A DNA stretch of 64,000 nucleotides, from contig JAQTMH010000005.1 of assembly GCA_028714495.1 (NCBI GenBank), positions 32,840 through 96,839 of the forward strand, read 5' to 3'. Position numbers and translations under genes: made by a program. The notes under the pieces were generated by a model. It made no database searches. It worked only from the letters and a program-made list of their open reading frames with translations, and was not told the origin of the DNA. Shown here piece by piece: positions 39,327 through 49,842 of the stretch. Source of the DNA: Patescibacteria group bacterium. Its GTDB lineage: Bacteria > Patescibacteriota > Patescibacteriia > JAHIZJ01. Within the stretch, counting starts at the first letter, position 1. Each line of letters starts with the position of its first letter.

Positions 39327-40448
39327 CTATAAAAGGCTATACAGCTTTTCCGTTTGCCGGGCGATGGTATGCCAATTAAAATGTTGCAGCACAACCTGGC
39401 GAGCGTGTTTGCCTATTTTTTTCATCTCTTCTGGCCGTTTCAAAAGTTCGGTCAGTTTGATCTGCAAATCCTTGACGTTTTTATTCTTAAAAACATAACC
39501 GATGACTTCCTTATTCACCCGCAAGACCTCAAGGTTTTCAGGAATATTGCTGGCCAATGAGCAACGTCCGAAACCAGCCGCTTCCAGCAAGGCCAGGGGC
39601 AACCCCTCGATTTCAGAGGGCAGGACAAAAAGGTAGGCATTTGAATACAACTCGGCTAACGTTTTTCCACTTTGGAAACCAGTGAATACAATACGCGGAT
39701 CTCCGGCGGCTAATTCCTTTAATTTTTTTACATAGCCGTCAGTATGGGCTGAGTCTCCGGCAATAACCAGGCGCTTTCTGGTGTTCAACCGGCGGTAGGC
39801 CTCAATCAAATAATGAATTCCCTTTGGCGGGATGAGTCGAGCGACTGTGAGAATATATTGATCGGTCATCAAGCCGAATTGCTTGGTAATCACCCGGGCT
39901 TTTTTTGAACGGGTAAATTCTCCCGAGATGCCGTTCGGAATATAGATTGTTTTCTTACCGTATGTTTTAAAACAATATTTCTGTAAAGGCCTCGAAATTG
40001 CGATTGTTTGGTGGGGAAAAGTCACGCAAGCCCATTCACCCAGTCTCAGGACTAAACGGGCAAACCAGCCCCATTTTTGATGCCTACGTTCGATACTGTG
40101 GAAGGTTCCGATCACTTTTACGCTCGGCCGGAATATCCTCGGTAATATTGAGAGTAATGACGGCCCCCCGCTGTGATAGTGTATTATGTCATAATCCTGA
40201 AACATCGCGTGCACCGTGGCAAAAAACGTGTGGCTGATAGCGTCGAAATGCTTTGTCGGCAGACTAGGCAATGAAACCAAACTCACTCCGCGATAATTCT
40301 TTTTTCGGGAGCTGGTATAATTAGGCCGCGTATAGACGGTTACTTTATGTCCGCGTTTCGCCAAACGAACTGCCAATTCTTCAACATGACGTTCAACTCC
40401 GCCATATAGCGCCGGTATTCCTTTTTGGCCAATCATCGCGATTTTCAT
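39327..40448 (-). CDS. glycosyltransferase family 4 (GT-B, retaining)
   Basis: C-terminal EIEGLPLALLEAAGFG motif and N-terminal GGVERHV. Confidence 0.75.
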   Translation of the reverse strand: MKIAMIGQKGIPALYGGVERHVEELAVRLAKRGHKVTVYTRPNYTSSRKKNYRGVSLVSLPSLPTKHFDAISHTFFATVHAMFQDYDIIHYHSGGPSLLSILPRIFRPSVKVIGTFHSIERRHQKWGWFARLVLRLGEWACVTFPHQTIAISRPLQKYCFKTYGKKTIYIPNGISGEFTRSKKARVITKQFGLMTDQYILTVARLIPPKGIHYLIEAYRRLNTRKRLVIAGDSAHTDGYVKKLKELAAGDPRIVFTGFQSGKTLAELYSNAYLFVLPSEIEGLPLALLEAAGFGRCSLASNIPENLEVLRVNKEVIGYVFKNKNVKDLQIKLTELLKRPEEMKKIGKHARQVVLQHFNWHTIARQTEKLYSLL

Positions 40449-40565
40449 GGGCTTATAGATTGGTTATTTAGTAACAGGGCAGCTTAACAGATTTATTTAT
40501 TGCTGTCAAGGATAACCAAAAAACTGCTAGAATATTTTTCTGACAGAGTATTTATATTTTTTTCT

Positions 40566-42038
40566 TTATTCTATAACCAGAGTTTTGCCTTGGCTCAAGG
40601 CCTCAGCCAGAGCCGTTGTCACTGCTGGATATGTTTTTGTTACGCTTTCTTTATTGTAGCTGCCTGATAAATTTGATTCACCTAGCAGTGTTACGTATTT
40701 GCCTATATCCGTCTGATTCGGCTTAAGAGCCAATTCAAAGCTGGCTGAAATTGTCGTTTCGTTAGCTGGCAATATTCCAACAGTCCAGCTAATTATCCTG
40801 CTGGCCTTGTCATAGCTGATATTTTGACCGAAAGAAACCGTACTGTTACCACCCCAGTCAATCGCTTCTGGAAGTACTGCTTTAATAACCAGATTTGAAT
40901 ATTCCTGGTTGTTGTTTCGAATGACCCAGAAAATCCGATAACCGGTTGTTTGCCCGACTTTGGGCGGCAAGGGTCCATAACCGAACTGGGCTCCTGAGGA
41001 ACTATAATAATGTGCTTCAGCGGCAAACTCCAGCTCTTTGACTATATTATCATCAGGTACTATTAGATCTTCAACGCTGGGCGGCTTGGCAATTTTGATA
41101 ACAGCTGTTTCACTGGCTTGAGCAATCCAATTATTATCAATTTTTATCGATACCTCGGCCTTAAAATTTATTTCCTTATCTTTGTTAACCAGGCTTTTAC
41201 CGTCGAGACTCAGCTCCCATTTTCCCTGGACCGGAAAATCCTTTATTATCCAGCTATTTTTTTCCTCGGGTAATTTATTTGATTCGACCAACGTGTATTC
41301 CGCGGGAAATGAAATGATGACTTTTGATTCTGGGATGATAATTTGTCCGGTATTTTCCACGGTCAAAATATTTTGATAAATATCTCCGCTTTCAGCTTCA
41401 GGCAGAGTTTGCCAACTGGCCTTTAAAACCGAACCCGACACTAAATACTCTCGGCGCGCGGTCATGTTCAAAGTTTCTTCCCCGCTTCGGTATTGAACCA
41501 GGGCTTTGACCATCTGCTTTTCTCCAGGCGATGTTATGATCTGCCCTGACAGTGAAATTTCTATCGAATCCCGACCGGCGATTGATCCAATATTCCAATA
41601 ATTATTTTCCTTATTTCCGGCTGCCGGACTAGCCGACTGGAAAATAAATCCCCCGGGATAGGCTAAATCAACAGCCAGGTCTTTTATGGTGCTGTCACCG
41701 GGATTTGTCAGTTTAAGTTTTAAATCTATTATTTCACCGCTTTTAATTGTATCCGCTGATTTGAAATTAATTTCCAGGCTGGGCGCTGGCAATAATTCAC
41801 TCCGAGTGAAATAGTATATGTTAAGACCAATCAGAAAAAATATTATCAATGCCATGGCCGTATCGAAAATTAAATGTCTCGGCCTTCCGGTATAGCGATT
41901 ATGGTATTTGTTGGCTAAGGGTGGCACAAAAATATTTAGGGTCTGGATAAATATTTGCCGGCCGGTTTTTTCTTTTGTTCGGGTAACGATTTCCCCTCGC
42001 ACTGGTACTATTTCTCTCTTTGATTTGTCAAAAGCCAT
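40566..42038 (-). CDS. hypothetical membrane-anchored surface protein (large beta-rich ectodomain)
   Basis: Cytoplasmic N-terminus, a single TM (LIFDTAMALIIFFLIGLNIYYF) and a 420-aa extracytoplasmic region. Confidence 0.45.
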   Translation of the reverse strand: MAFDKSKREIVPVRGEIVTRTKEKTGRQIFIQTLNIFVPPLANKYHNRYTGRPRHLIFDTAMALIIFFLIGLNIYYFTRSELLPAPSLEINFKSADTIKSGEIIDLKLKLTNPGDSTIKDLAVDLAYPGGFIFQSASPAAGNKENNYWNIGSIAGRDSIEISLSGQIITSPGEKQMVKALVQYRSGEETLNMTARREYLVSGSVLKASWQTLPEAESGDIYQNILTVENTGQIIIPESKVIISFPAEYTLVESNKLPEEKNSWIIKDFPVQGKWELSLDGKSLVNKDKEINFKAEVSIKIDNNWIAQASETAVIKIAKPPSVEDLIVPDDNIVKELEFAAEAHYYSSSGAQFGYGPLPPKVGQTTGYRIFWVIRNNNQEYSNLVIKAVLPEAIDWGGNSTVSFGQNISYDKASRIISWTVGILPANETTISASFELALKPNQTDIGKYVTLLGESNLSGSYNKESVTKTYPAVTTALAEALSQGKTLVIE

Positions 42039-42047
42039 ATAATTAAA

Positions 42048-44105
42048 TTAATAAACAATTTGAGAAGAAGCCAAAATTTCATCTTGACCGTCTTGATTAA
42101 TGTCATTAACGGTTACCAGAATTCCGTTGCGCCAGGTTTTATCAAAGGCGAAAAAGCCTGGAGTTATAGCCTTCCCTTTGTCGTTGAATATTCTGATGTG
42201 GGGACCTCCTCCTGGCCCCGCGCCTGTGACAATTTCGTCTTTCCCGTCGTTATTTATATCGCCCGAAGCCACGCTAACTCCTCCGCGGAATTTCTGATCA
42301 TAGGCGAAAAAGCTGGATATAAGTTTCCCTTCGCCGTTAAAGACTCTGACGTGCGGTCCTCCATGATATCCGGCGCCAGCGATTATCTCGTCTTTTCCGT
42401 CACCATCAATGTCGCCAAGCGCTATATTTACTCCGCCGCGAAAATTCTTAGCGTAGGCAAAAAACCCGGGATTTCTTAATTTTCCCGAAGCATCGAATAT
42501 CCTTATTTGCGGCCCGCCACCCTGGGCCGTTCCGGTAACAATTTCCAAGAGACCGTCGCCATTGAGATCGCCGGCAGCCAGATTGACATTGCGGTTATAA
42601 TTCGCGCCATAGGGATTAAATTCCGCAGTCAAAAATCCTTGGCTGTTATATATTTGCACTTTATTGCCCCGGCCAATCACGGTTTCATTGGCTTGGTCGC
42701 CGTTTAAGTCTTTTTTTATGATTCCGACACCGCCTGGATATTCACTGGTATAGGTAAAAAATCCCTGCCGCAGTGTTTGGCCTGAACCGGCAAAGGCCTT
42801 GGCAAAGGCGCCGTTGATGTATTGCCCGCTGGCAATTTGAAATTGCCTCTTCAAGAGGATAATTCCGTCATGACCCGAGAGCGTTACGGATGACACAACC
42901 TCTCCGGAATTAACCGGTGACTGCGTCCCCAATAATTTTTCATAACCTTCCCCCAAATCAACAGTTTGTTTGCTGCTGGTTGAATTTACTAAAACAATAC
43001 CGTTTTCGAAATCCCTGCGCCAGACTCCCTCAGCCACCCCGGATGATTTCGGGGAAGTTGTATTTGAAGCTTCAGTCACGGGATCGCCCAAATAGACGTC
43101 GTATTCGTCATACCACCAGGTGTCAGAATGCCGTAGGGCTCCGTAATCAAAGCTGGCAAAGCCGTTGTCTAAAAGCGTGCTAGTTAGAATATACCGCAAA
43201 GAACGGTAATCATCGGCTGTCCCGGTCGAAGATTTTCCGTTAATAATAACAACCTGCGGCGATTTCCCCTGATTCATAAAGTCGAAATATTTATGCATTG
43301 CTCCGGACCAGCCGCCGTCCAGGGCTGAAGGAAATTCTTCGATAAATCTTCCGTTGAGCGAATCGTAATATTCACCTCCTCCATTACCAACGATAATCGC
43401 GTCTTGGCCCTCATAGCTTCTAGAGATCTCCAGCATTTCAGTCATGCCGTCGTGCCAGGCCTGATTAAGCTGATCCGCAGTTTCAGCCACGCCGTCACGA
43501 TTTAAATCTAGATTGCCGCTATTCAGCCAAGCAACGTCATTCCAGACATTATCGTAAAATATCCCGTCCCAAAAACCAGTTGACATCACTTTATCATGCA
43601 TGAACCGCGGCAAATATGAAAGCCACTGTTCGCCATTGCTCAAAGGGGCGGTATTAGTTACGTTCAGCATCTTTGTGCCTGGCCAAAAAGTCACATTTCC
43701 ACCCTGACTATCAAATAGCCACCAGCCGTCTGATATCCCACTGCCCAATTGGCAGAGTGGGTGCTGGGCATCCGTAATTGTCATATGGCTATCCGGAAAT
43801 TCTTGTGACAAAACATAAGCCAAAATAATGATGTCCGGATTTAGCTCCCGCATCAATCTCAAGCTGTCTGGACTCGTGTATTGCAGCTCAATACCCAGAA
43901 CAACAGCATCCCAACGTGATAAGCTTCGAGCTTCTTCGGTGGATAAATTTGAGGTGTGATATACATTGGCCAGCCTGGGAAAATCGGCTGAAATTGTCCG
44001 CGCCGCCGTTGTCTTCGGCTTGAAACACAACAGCACCAGTAAAACCATAAAGGCCAATTGCGAAATTACCAATAATTTATTTCTTTTCTGAAATAAGAAT
44101 TTCAT
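42048..44105 (-). CDS. secreted protein: N-terminal TIM-barrel glycoside-hydrolase-like domain + C-terminal FG-GAP/VCBS beta-propeller repeats
   Basis: Five repeats of the D.NGDG.DEI..G...GGGP.[IV]R[IV]F type. The N-terminal domain shares FPRLANVY and FWPGTK with the product of 45456..46661. Confidence 0.5.
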   Translation of the reverse strand: MKFLFQKRNKLLVISQLAFMVLLVLLCFKPKTTAARTISADFPRLANVYHTSNLSTEEARSLSRWDAVVLGIELQYTSPDSLRLMRELNPDIIILAYVLSQEFPDSHMTITDAQHPLCQLGSGISDGWWLFDSQGGNVTFWPGTKMLNVTNTAPLSNGEQWLSYLPRFMHDKVMSTGFWDGIFYDNVWNDVAWLNSGNLDLNRDGVAETADQLNQAWHDGMTEMLEISRSYEGQDAIIVGNGGGEYYDSLNGRFIEEFPSALDGGWSGAMHKYFDFMNQGKSPQVVIINGKSSTGTADDYRSLRYILTSTLLDNGFASFDYGALRHSDTWWYDEYDVYLGDPVTEASNTTSPKSSGVAEGVWRRDFENGIVLVNSTSSKQTVDLGEGYEKLLGTQSPVNSGEVVSSVTLSGHDGIILLKRQFQIASGQYINGAFAKAFAGSGQTLRQGFFTYTSEYPGGVGIIKKDLNGDQANETVIGRGNKVQIYNSQGFLTAEFNPYGANYNRNVNLAAGDLNGDGLLEIVTGTAQGGGPQIRIFDASGKLRNPGFFAYAKNFRGGVNIALGDIDGDGKDEIIAGAGYHGGPHVRVFNGEGKLISSFFAYDQKFRGGVSVASGDINNDGKDEIVTGAGPGGGPHIRIFNDKGKAITPGFFAFDKTWRNGILVTVNDINQDGQDEILASSQIVY

Positions 44106-45297
44106 AATATCGCATCAGTTTTTGATAATAAATTTCCGGGCTGAACCGCTGAACGAACTTATAACCGGCCTCACCCATTTTCAGAGCCTGATTTTTATCT
44201 AAATACATCAGCTCAATCTTGCGTCGCAAATCCTCGACTGAACCTGCCTCGACTAAGAACCCGGTTTCGCCGTCGCGGATCAATTCGGGTATACCGCCAA
44301 GGCGCGTCCCAATCACCGGCTTTTTGTATGAATAAGCCTCTAATATTACCAGGGGGCAATTTTCATACCACTGGGCCGGCAAAACCGTGGCTCGCGATTC
44401 GCCAATTAACCGCCCAAGCTCTGAGCCGGTGGCGAACCCAGAAAATTCAACATTTGAAATATTTTCTTTTTTGGCCTTTTCTTTCAAAAGCTTCTCCTCG
44501 GGACCGCTGCCAACGATTTTTAGCTTAACGGGTAAATCCTTGACGGCGTCCAGCAATAGGCTGACGCCTTTTTCCTCTGACAATCGGCCATAGTAGAGGA
44601 GGTAATCTCCGGTTTCATACGCGGGATGGTTTTCCAGCTTGATAAAATTTGCCAGATGATTGATTTCGATCACCGGCAGATCCCACTCGCGCACCTTTTT
44701 TATCAAAAATTGGCTTGGGCTGATGAATAAATCCACGTTGTCCTCATAGATCCGTAGCATCTTATGAAAATACATTTCAAAAGCCGCCAAGAATGAGGCC
44801 ACGTAAGAATTTTTTACGCAACGATGAAAAGCGCAGGCAAAATAGTTATAGCCCTTGCTCCGCTCGCAAATCTGGCCGTGGCTGTACATGGAATAATGCG
44901 GGCAGAGCAACTTGTAATCGTGAAGCGTCTGGACTACCGGAATATTCCGACGTTTTAATACGGACAAAATTGATGGTGAAATTTGATGATAAATATTGTG
45001 AATATGGCAAATATCAGGTCTTTCTTCCTTGATTAATCGGCCCAGTTTTCGGCGGGCCTCAAATGAATAAAACATCCGAGCGGCCGTCCTCAAACCCTGC
45101 CAGTCCCAGCGAACTTTTTCGAAATCAACCTTTGAAACAAAGTATTTGGAATAAGGCGAGGGCAAATTATTTTCGTGCTGCATCGAGAAGACCACGACTT
45201 GGTGGCCGTGCCTTTCCAGCATTTCCTTCAAATCAAAAAATTGCTTTTCCGCTCCGCCCTTCAGGAAGTAAAATTTATTGATCAGCAATACCTTCAT
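44077..45297 (-). CDS. glycosyltransferase family 4
   Basis: MKVLLINKFYFLKGGAEKQ N-terminus and a GT4 C-terminal E..LEA motif. Confidence 0.75.
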   Translation of the reverse strand: MKVLLINKFYFLKGGAEKQFFDLKEMLERHGHQVVVFSMQHENNLPSPYSKYFVSKVDFEKVRWDWQGLRTAARMFYSFEARRKLGRLIKEERPDICHIHNIYHQISPSILSVLKRRNIPVVQTLHDYKLLCPHYSMYSHGQICERSKGYNYFACAFHRCVKNSYVASFLAAFEMYFHKMLRIYEDNVDLFISPSQFLIKKVREWDLPVIEINHLANFIKLENHPAYETGDYLLYYGRLSEEKGVSLLLDAVKDLPVKLKIVGSGPEEKLLKEKAKKENISNVEFSGFATGSELGRLIGESRATVLPAQWYENCPLVILEAYSYKKPVIGTRLGGIPELIRDGETGFLVEAGSVEDLRRKIELMYLDKNQALKMGEAGYKFVQRFSPEIYYQKLMRYYEILISEKK

Positions 45298-45455
45298 ATC
45301 TATATCTTAACATTTGTTTAACAAAAGAGTATAGCAGATAATTTGGCCTTTGTCAATCCGTATCATATCAACGCTTGACATATCGGGTAGATAGTGTATA
45401 TTTATACGTTCGGTAGCTGTCAGCAAATTCAAAACCTATAAAGGGAGAGTGGCCA

Positions 45456-46661
45456 ATGAGAAAGATGTGTTGGTTGGTTTGCCTGTTCGCCGGCATCATG
45501 TTGGTTTCTACGGGTTGCGCTCCTGGACCCAGGGTCCTGACGAGACAATACCCAAGGCTGGCCAACATTTACCTGACGAACTCTCTGACCGATGAGCAGG
45601 CTCGAGCCCTAGCCCGTTACGATCTGGTGGTGCTGGGACTCGAAAACCAGCACAACAATCCGAAGCCGCTTCAGCTGATCCGCCAGACTAACCCCGACTG
45701 CCGCCTGATCGCCTACGTCTCGACTAACGAGTTTCCTGAAGGAAGCTACGCGAAGAACGAGGATGCCAAAGGTCCTTGGCATGATCTGAGAACGCGTTTC
45801 CGGGAACGCCACTTTCTTTGCGCACCCAACGGCGAGTATGCGTCCTTCTGGCCGGGCACCAAGCCCTACAACTTCACCCTGCCGGAAATCGCCGACACGC
45901 TCGTGAACTTCGTCAGCGAGGAATTCGATTGGCGCATTTGGAATGGGGTTTTCTGGGACAATGTCTGGTCGGATGTCTCCTGGTACAATAACGGCCAGGT
46001 CGACGCCGACCTTGACGGAAAACCCGACAACATGACCGTGTTCAACTCACGATGGATTTACAACCTGAACCGTCTTATGGGTCTGAGCCGCTATCGTCTC
46101 GGCCCCGAACGTCTCGTCGTCGCCAACGAGAGCCTAGACAACATGGGCCAGTGGCTGATTAACGGCCGGCTGTTCGAGGGTTTTCCTAATACCCTCGGCG
46201 ACAGATCGGCCGAAGGTCTTGAGCATCTGCTTGACCTCTACAAGAAGTTCTCGCGCGACACCTGTTCACCCTCCCTGACCATCGTTCACACCGAGGCCAA
46301 TCCAACTGATAGCACCGCGGTTCTCTTCGGCCTGACATTCGCGCTTCTCAGTGATGGCTACTTCGCCGTCGACCACGGCCCGAATCAATCGGATATCCCA
46401 GGTGATACCGGATGGCACGACCGTCTCTGGTGGTATGACGAATACTACCAAGACATCGGATTGCCGCTGGAGGATTCCTACTGTCAGGGATCGCATGTCT
46501 GGACGCGCGAATTCCAGAAAGCAGTGGTTATCTGGAATCCCAATTACTTCGCAATCGACGCGAAGTTCTCGCTCCTTGACGGCAGCTCTATCGCTGTCAC
46601 CGTCGCACAACGTACGGGTCTGATCTACAAAAAGTCACTTATGCCCGGTTCACGCCAGTGA
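45456..46661 (+). CDS. lipoprotein paralog of the TIM-barrel GH-like domain of 42048..44105; high GC (about 56%), likely horizontally acquired
   Basis: Lipobox signal (MLVSTGC). YPRLANIYLT and FWPGTK conserved with the neighbouring gene. GC3-rich codons in an AT-rich genome. Strong SD AAGGGAG. Confidence 0.55.
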   Translation: MRKMCWLVCLFAGIMLVSTGCAPGPRVLTRQYPRLANIYLTNSLTDEQARALARYDLVVLGLENQHNNPKPLQLIRQTNPDCRLIAYVSTNEFPEGSYAKNEDAKGPWHDLRTRFRERHFLCAPNGEYASFWPGTKPYNFTLPEIADTLVNFVSEEFDWRIWNGVFWDNVWSDVSWYNNGQVDADLDGKPDNMTVFNSRWIYNLNRLMGLSRYRLGPERLVVANESLDNMGQWLINGRLFEGFPNTLGDRSAEGLEHLLDLYKKFSRDTCSPSLTIVHTEANPTDSTAVLFGLTFALLSDGYFAVDHGPNQSDIPGDTGWHDRLWWYDEYYQDIGLPLEDSYCQGSHVWTREFQKAVVIWNPNYFAIDAKFSLLDGSSIAVTVAQRTGLIYKKSLMPGSRQ

Positions 46662-46750
46662 GCCGGGTTTTCTTATTACCGAAGAATTGACAAAAAATGT
46701 CTCTTTATAGTACCATACTCAGATTAATGATTTTGAGGTACAATATCCTT

Positions 46751-47956
46751 ATGCGAATAGCCTTTCTTGCCCACAGCTTTCCCTACCCCGCGGAAAAGGA
46801 CGGGCACACCTTAATTCTCTATCATTTACTCAAGGAACTCTCCCAAAGGCATAAGATTACCTTGTTTTGTTTTGGCGATAAAAATGATCGGATCAACATA
46901 AAGTGTCTCACTGAATTTGGTGTTTGCGTAAGAATAATTGAGCGGCCAAAACGTTCCTTGTTCCTCTATTACCTCTCAAAAATTTCCAGAAAAATGGCTT
47001 GGTTTCAGTATCGTCTATTCACCAATGAGATGGTAAAAGAGGTTGAGACAATTGATAATTGCCCGGATTTTGATTTGGTCTGCGTCCATTCTCCCTTTGT
47101 CTCCGCCTATCTCCAATATTTCAAGCATAAACCCGTGGTGTTTACCTACATCGACGCCCTCTCATCTTGGTACCAGCAATTCGCCTCAGTGACCGCTAAC
47201 CCGCTAAAAAAAGTACACTATCTGTTTGAGGGCCATAAGGCCAGTCATTTGGAACGTGAACTATCAAAAAAGATGTTTGATACAATCGTCGTCTCAGAAA
47301 TTGATAAAAAAATAATTTCCTGTCTTTCTCCAGAAGCGCCAATATCAGTTATCCCAAACGGGGTTGATCTTGATTATTACCGGCCCAGCCTCACCCCGCC
47401 GGATCCAAACGTGATAATTTTCACTGGGACAATGGATTATCCGCCCAATGCCAGAGCGGTCCTCGATTTTTATAATGAGGTCTGGCCCCTTTTGATTAAG
47501 GAACGTCCTGAATTGCGCTGGCTGATTGTTGGCAAAAATCCCACGCTGGATGTTTTCGAGCTGCAGTCGAAAGACGAAAATATCAAGGTTACCGGTTACG
47601 TCAAGGATATCCGTCCATGTCTCTGGCGTTCGGCAGTTTACGTGTCACCGCTTTCCTTGGGCACCGGCTTTAAGAATAAAATCATCGAAGCCATGGCTTG
47701 CGGAAAGGCCATAGTTGCCAGTCCGACCAGTCTTTCAGGCTTAACCGCTGAACATGGAAAACACCTCCTCATTGCCAACACCCCCCAGGAATATCGAGAG
47801 CATATTATAGCTCTTCTGGCTAAACCCGACCGGCGGCAGAAACTGGAAATCGCCGCTCGAAAACTCGCCGAACTATTCAGCTGGTCCCAAACCGCCCGAC
47901 AGTATGAAGAGGTCTTTACCCGGGTTTTATCGCGTCACCATGACTCAAAAAAATAA
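46751..47956 (+). CDS. glycosyltransferase family 4
   Basis: MRIAFLAHSFPYP N-terminus and GFKNKIIEAMACGKAIVAS at the C-terminus. Confidence 0.75.
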   Translation: MRIAFLAHSFPYPAEKDGHTLILYHLLKELSQRHKITLFCFGDKNDRINIKCLTEFGVCVRIIERPKRSLFLYYLSKISRKMAWFQYRLFTNEMVKEVETIDNCPDFDLVCVHSPFVSAYLQYFKHKPVVFTYIDALSSWYQQFASVTANPLKKVHYLFEGHKASHLERELSKKMFDTIVVSEIDKKIISCLSPEAPISVIPNGVDLDYYRPSLTPPDPNVIIFTGTMDYPPNARAVLDFYNEVWPLLIKERPELRWLIVGKNPTLDVFELQSKDENIKVTGYVKDIRPCLWRSAVYVSPLSLGTGFKNKIIEAMACGKAIVASPTSLSGLTAEHGKHLLIANTPQEYREHIIALLAKPDRRQKLEIAARKLAELFSWSQTARQYEEVFTRVLSRHHDSKK

Positions 47957-49310
47957 CTCTTGGCCTTTAATTATCTTCTCGGCGTTGGTGCTGGTGCCAC
48001 TTCTCTATTTTTTGATTTTTACTAATCCCAGCTGGATTCAAATCGCCCAAATCGCCGTCCTGATCGTAATCCTGCCAATTTTCTTTTGGTATGAAGAGCT
48101 GGGCTTTTTCGCCTTGATAGTGCTTCGACCCGCCCTTGATGTTTTCAGCGAAAACGTCCTGGTTAAGATTGGCCAGTTTCCCTTAAACCTCTCGTCGGTT
48201 GTCAGCTTGATTACCATTGGCTGGGCAGCCTGGTATTTCCTGCGCCATCGGGTCAAAATCTGGAAGCAGCCCCTATTCTGGCCGTTCGCTATTTTCGCCC
48301 TGCTGGGTGTTATTTCTTTTGTCTATACCGAGTCCCTAAGCGCTACCCTGAGGGAAGTCTTGCGCCTGGGCAGCATTCTCTTTTTATTCCTTATGGCTGG
48401 CAATATTCTCGACAGCCGAGAAAAATTTCAGCGCCTAATCAAATCAATCGGCCTTTCTCTGATTATTCCGCTGCTGGTCGGAACTTATCAGCTATTCAGC
48501 AATACGGGCCTGAGCTTTGCCGGAGTAAATAACCGGATCTATGGCACTTTCGGCCATCCCAACGCCCTGGCTTTTTACCTGGTTTTATCGCTCGGTTTGT
48601 TTATTTCCTACTATTTTCAAGAAAAGACCAAAAAATCAAAGTGGTTCCTGGCCGGCCTGGGCATGATGTTTCTTTTTTTACTCCTGACTTATACTCGCGG
48701 CGCCTGGATTGGCTTTCTTATTTTTTTAATGATTCTGGGTTTTATGCGCTTCCGAAAAATCGTCATCGCCCTTGTCATAGCCGCGATTTTATTGATCACC
48801 ACCGGACCAATAATCGACCACTTTACTTTCAATCAATATAATTTTTCTTTTACCTCTATCCCGGTTATTAAACGGTTGACTGACGAAACATCTGATGAGA
48901 GTTCGATTGACTGGCGGCTGAAAGTCTGGAGCGATATGAGCCGCAAAATTACCGAGCGTCCTCTTTTCGGCTATGGCCTGGGCGCGTTTCCGGTCATCCG
49001 GGAGCAATCGGTCAAAGGCTTTTTTGAAAGCACCGAGGCTCATAACGATTACCTGCGCCTGGCTATTGAACTTGGGTTTGTCGGCTTGTTTTTCTATGTA
49101 CTGCTCCTGGGAAAATTACTATATAATTTAGTTCGTAATTATCGAGTGAGCCATGATTTATCACAGAAATCCTGGATTTTGGGCGGGATTGCTTTAACCA
49201 TAGCTTTTGCCGCGATGAGCTTTTTTGATAATCTTTTACAAGGTACGGCTGTTATGTGGGCTTTTTGGTCTACTATGGCCGTGATCCAGAAATTACCATC
49301 ATTGAAATAG
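47940..49310 (+). CDS. O-antigen ligase/polymerase family membrane protein (Wzy_C domain)
   Basis: About 11 TM helices. An YTRGAWIGF loop typical of Wzy_C/WaaL. Confidence 0.7.
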   Translation: MTQKNNSWPLIIFSALVLVPLLYFLIFTNPSWIQIAQIAVLIVILPIFFWYEELGFFALIVLRPALDVFSENVLVKIGQFPLNLSSVVSLITIGWAAWYFLRHRVKIWKQPLFWPFAIFALLGVISFVYTESLSATLREVLRLGSILFLFLMAGNILDSREKFQRLIKSIGLSLIIPLLVGTYQLFSNTGLSFAGVNNRIYGTFGHPNALAFYLVLSLGLFISYYFQEKTKKSKWFLAGLGMMFLFLLLTYTRGAWIGFLIFLMILGFMRFRKIVIALVIAAILLITTGPIIDHFTFNQYNFSFTSIPVIKRLTDETSDESSIDWRLKVWSDMSRKITERPLFGYGLGAFPVIREQSVKGFFESTEAHNDYLRLAIELGFVGLFFYVLLLGKLLYNLVRNYRVSHDLSQKSWILGGIALTIAFAAMSFFDNLLQGTAVMWAFWSTMAVIQKLPSLK

Positions 49311-49345
49311 CCTATTTTCATTTTTTTGGCAATATCGAAAACAGA

Positions 49346-49470
49346 AATTAAAAATGTAAAATTCAAAATGAAAAATTATTGTATCCCGCCTTTCGACTCC
49401 GCTCGAGGCGGGCTATTTGTCATTGCCTAAAGATAAAATAGGTAATGCATTTTGAATTTCTTCAAAAGAC
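49346..49470. mobile_element. MITE-like mini-element: 23-mer AATTAAAAATGTAAAATTCAAAA + CCCGCC(N18)GGCGGG hairpin + degenerate inverted copy of the 23-mer
   Basis: The 23-mer is identical to 61758-61780, and its reverse complement is at 62206-62228. Confidence 0.4.
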
Positions 49471-49771
49471 CAAACTTAAGTTCTGGTTGAGAAGGCTTTA
49501 GCCTGGGTGGGAATTACTTGTCCTTAACCTTGATATTAATAAAACTCCCAGAGCCACTGTGCTCTGGAATTGAATAACGTTTTTAATGGTAATAAGGGCC
49601 TTACCCGCCTACGGTTAGTATTTAATTTAGCCTTTTATTCATTGCTCCATCCGACTATTACCAACTAGGTAATATCAGGGGCCTACGGCGGGTTATTTGC
49701 AGCGGTTACGATATGGTGAATACTGAATAGATTATCTTTGTTGGCGATATGATTGTTTTGTGGAAGCAAAT

Positions 49772-49816
49772 AAAAAAAGAGCCCGTTCGTTTCGAGATGA
49801 AACTACTAGGGCTCTT
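49772..49816 (-). terminator. intrinsic terminator of the GC-island operon (AAGAGCCC..[GTTTCgagatGAAAC]..GGGCTCTT + U7 on the minus strand)
   Basis: Stem and T-tract seen directly in the sequence, 27 nt downstream of the stop of 49843..50319. Confidence 0.55.
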
Positions 49817-49842
49817 CGAAAGAGCTGCTGAACTCGGCCTCG

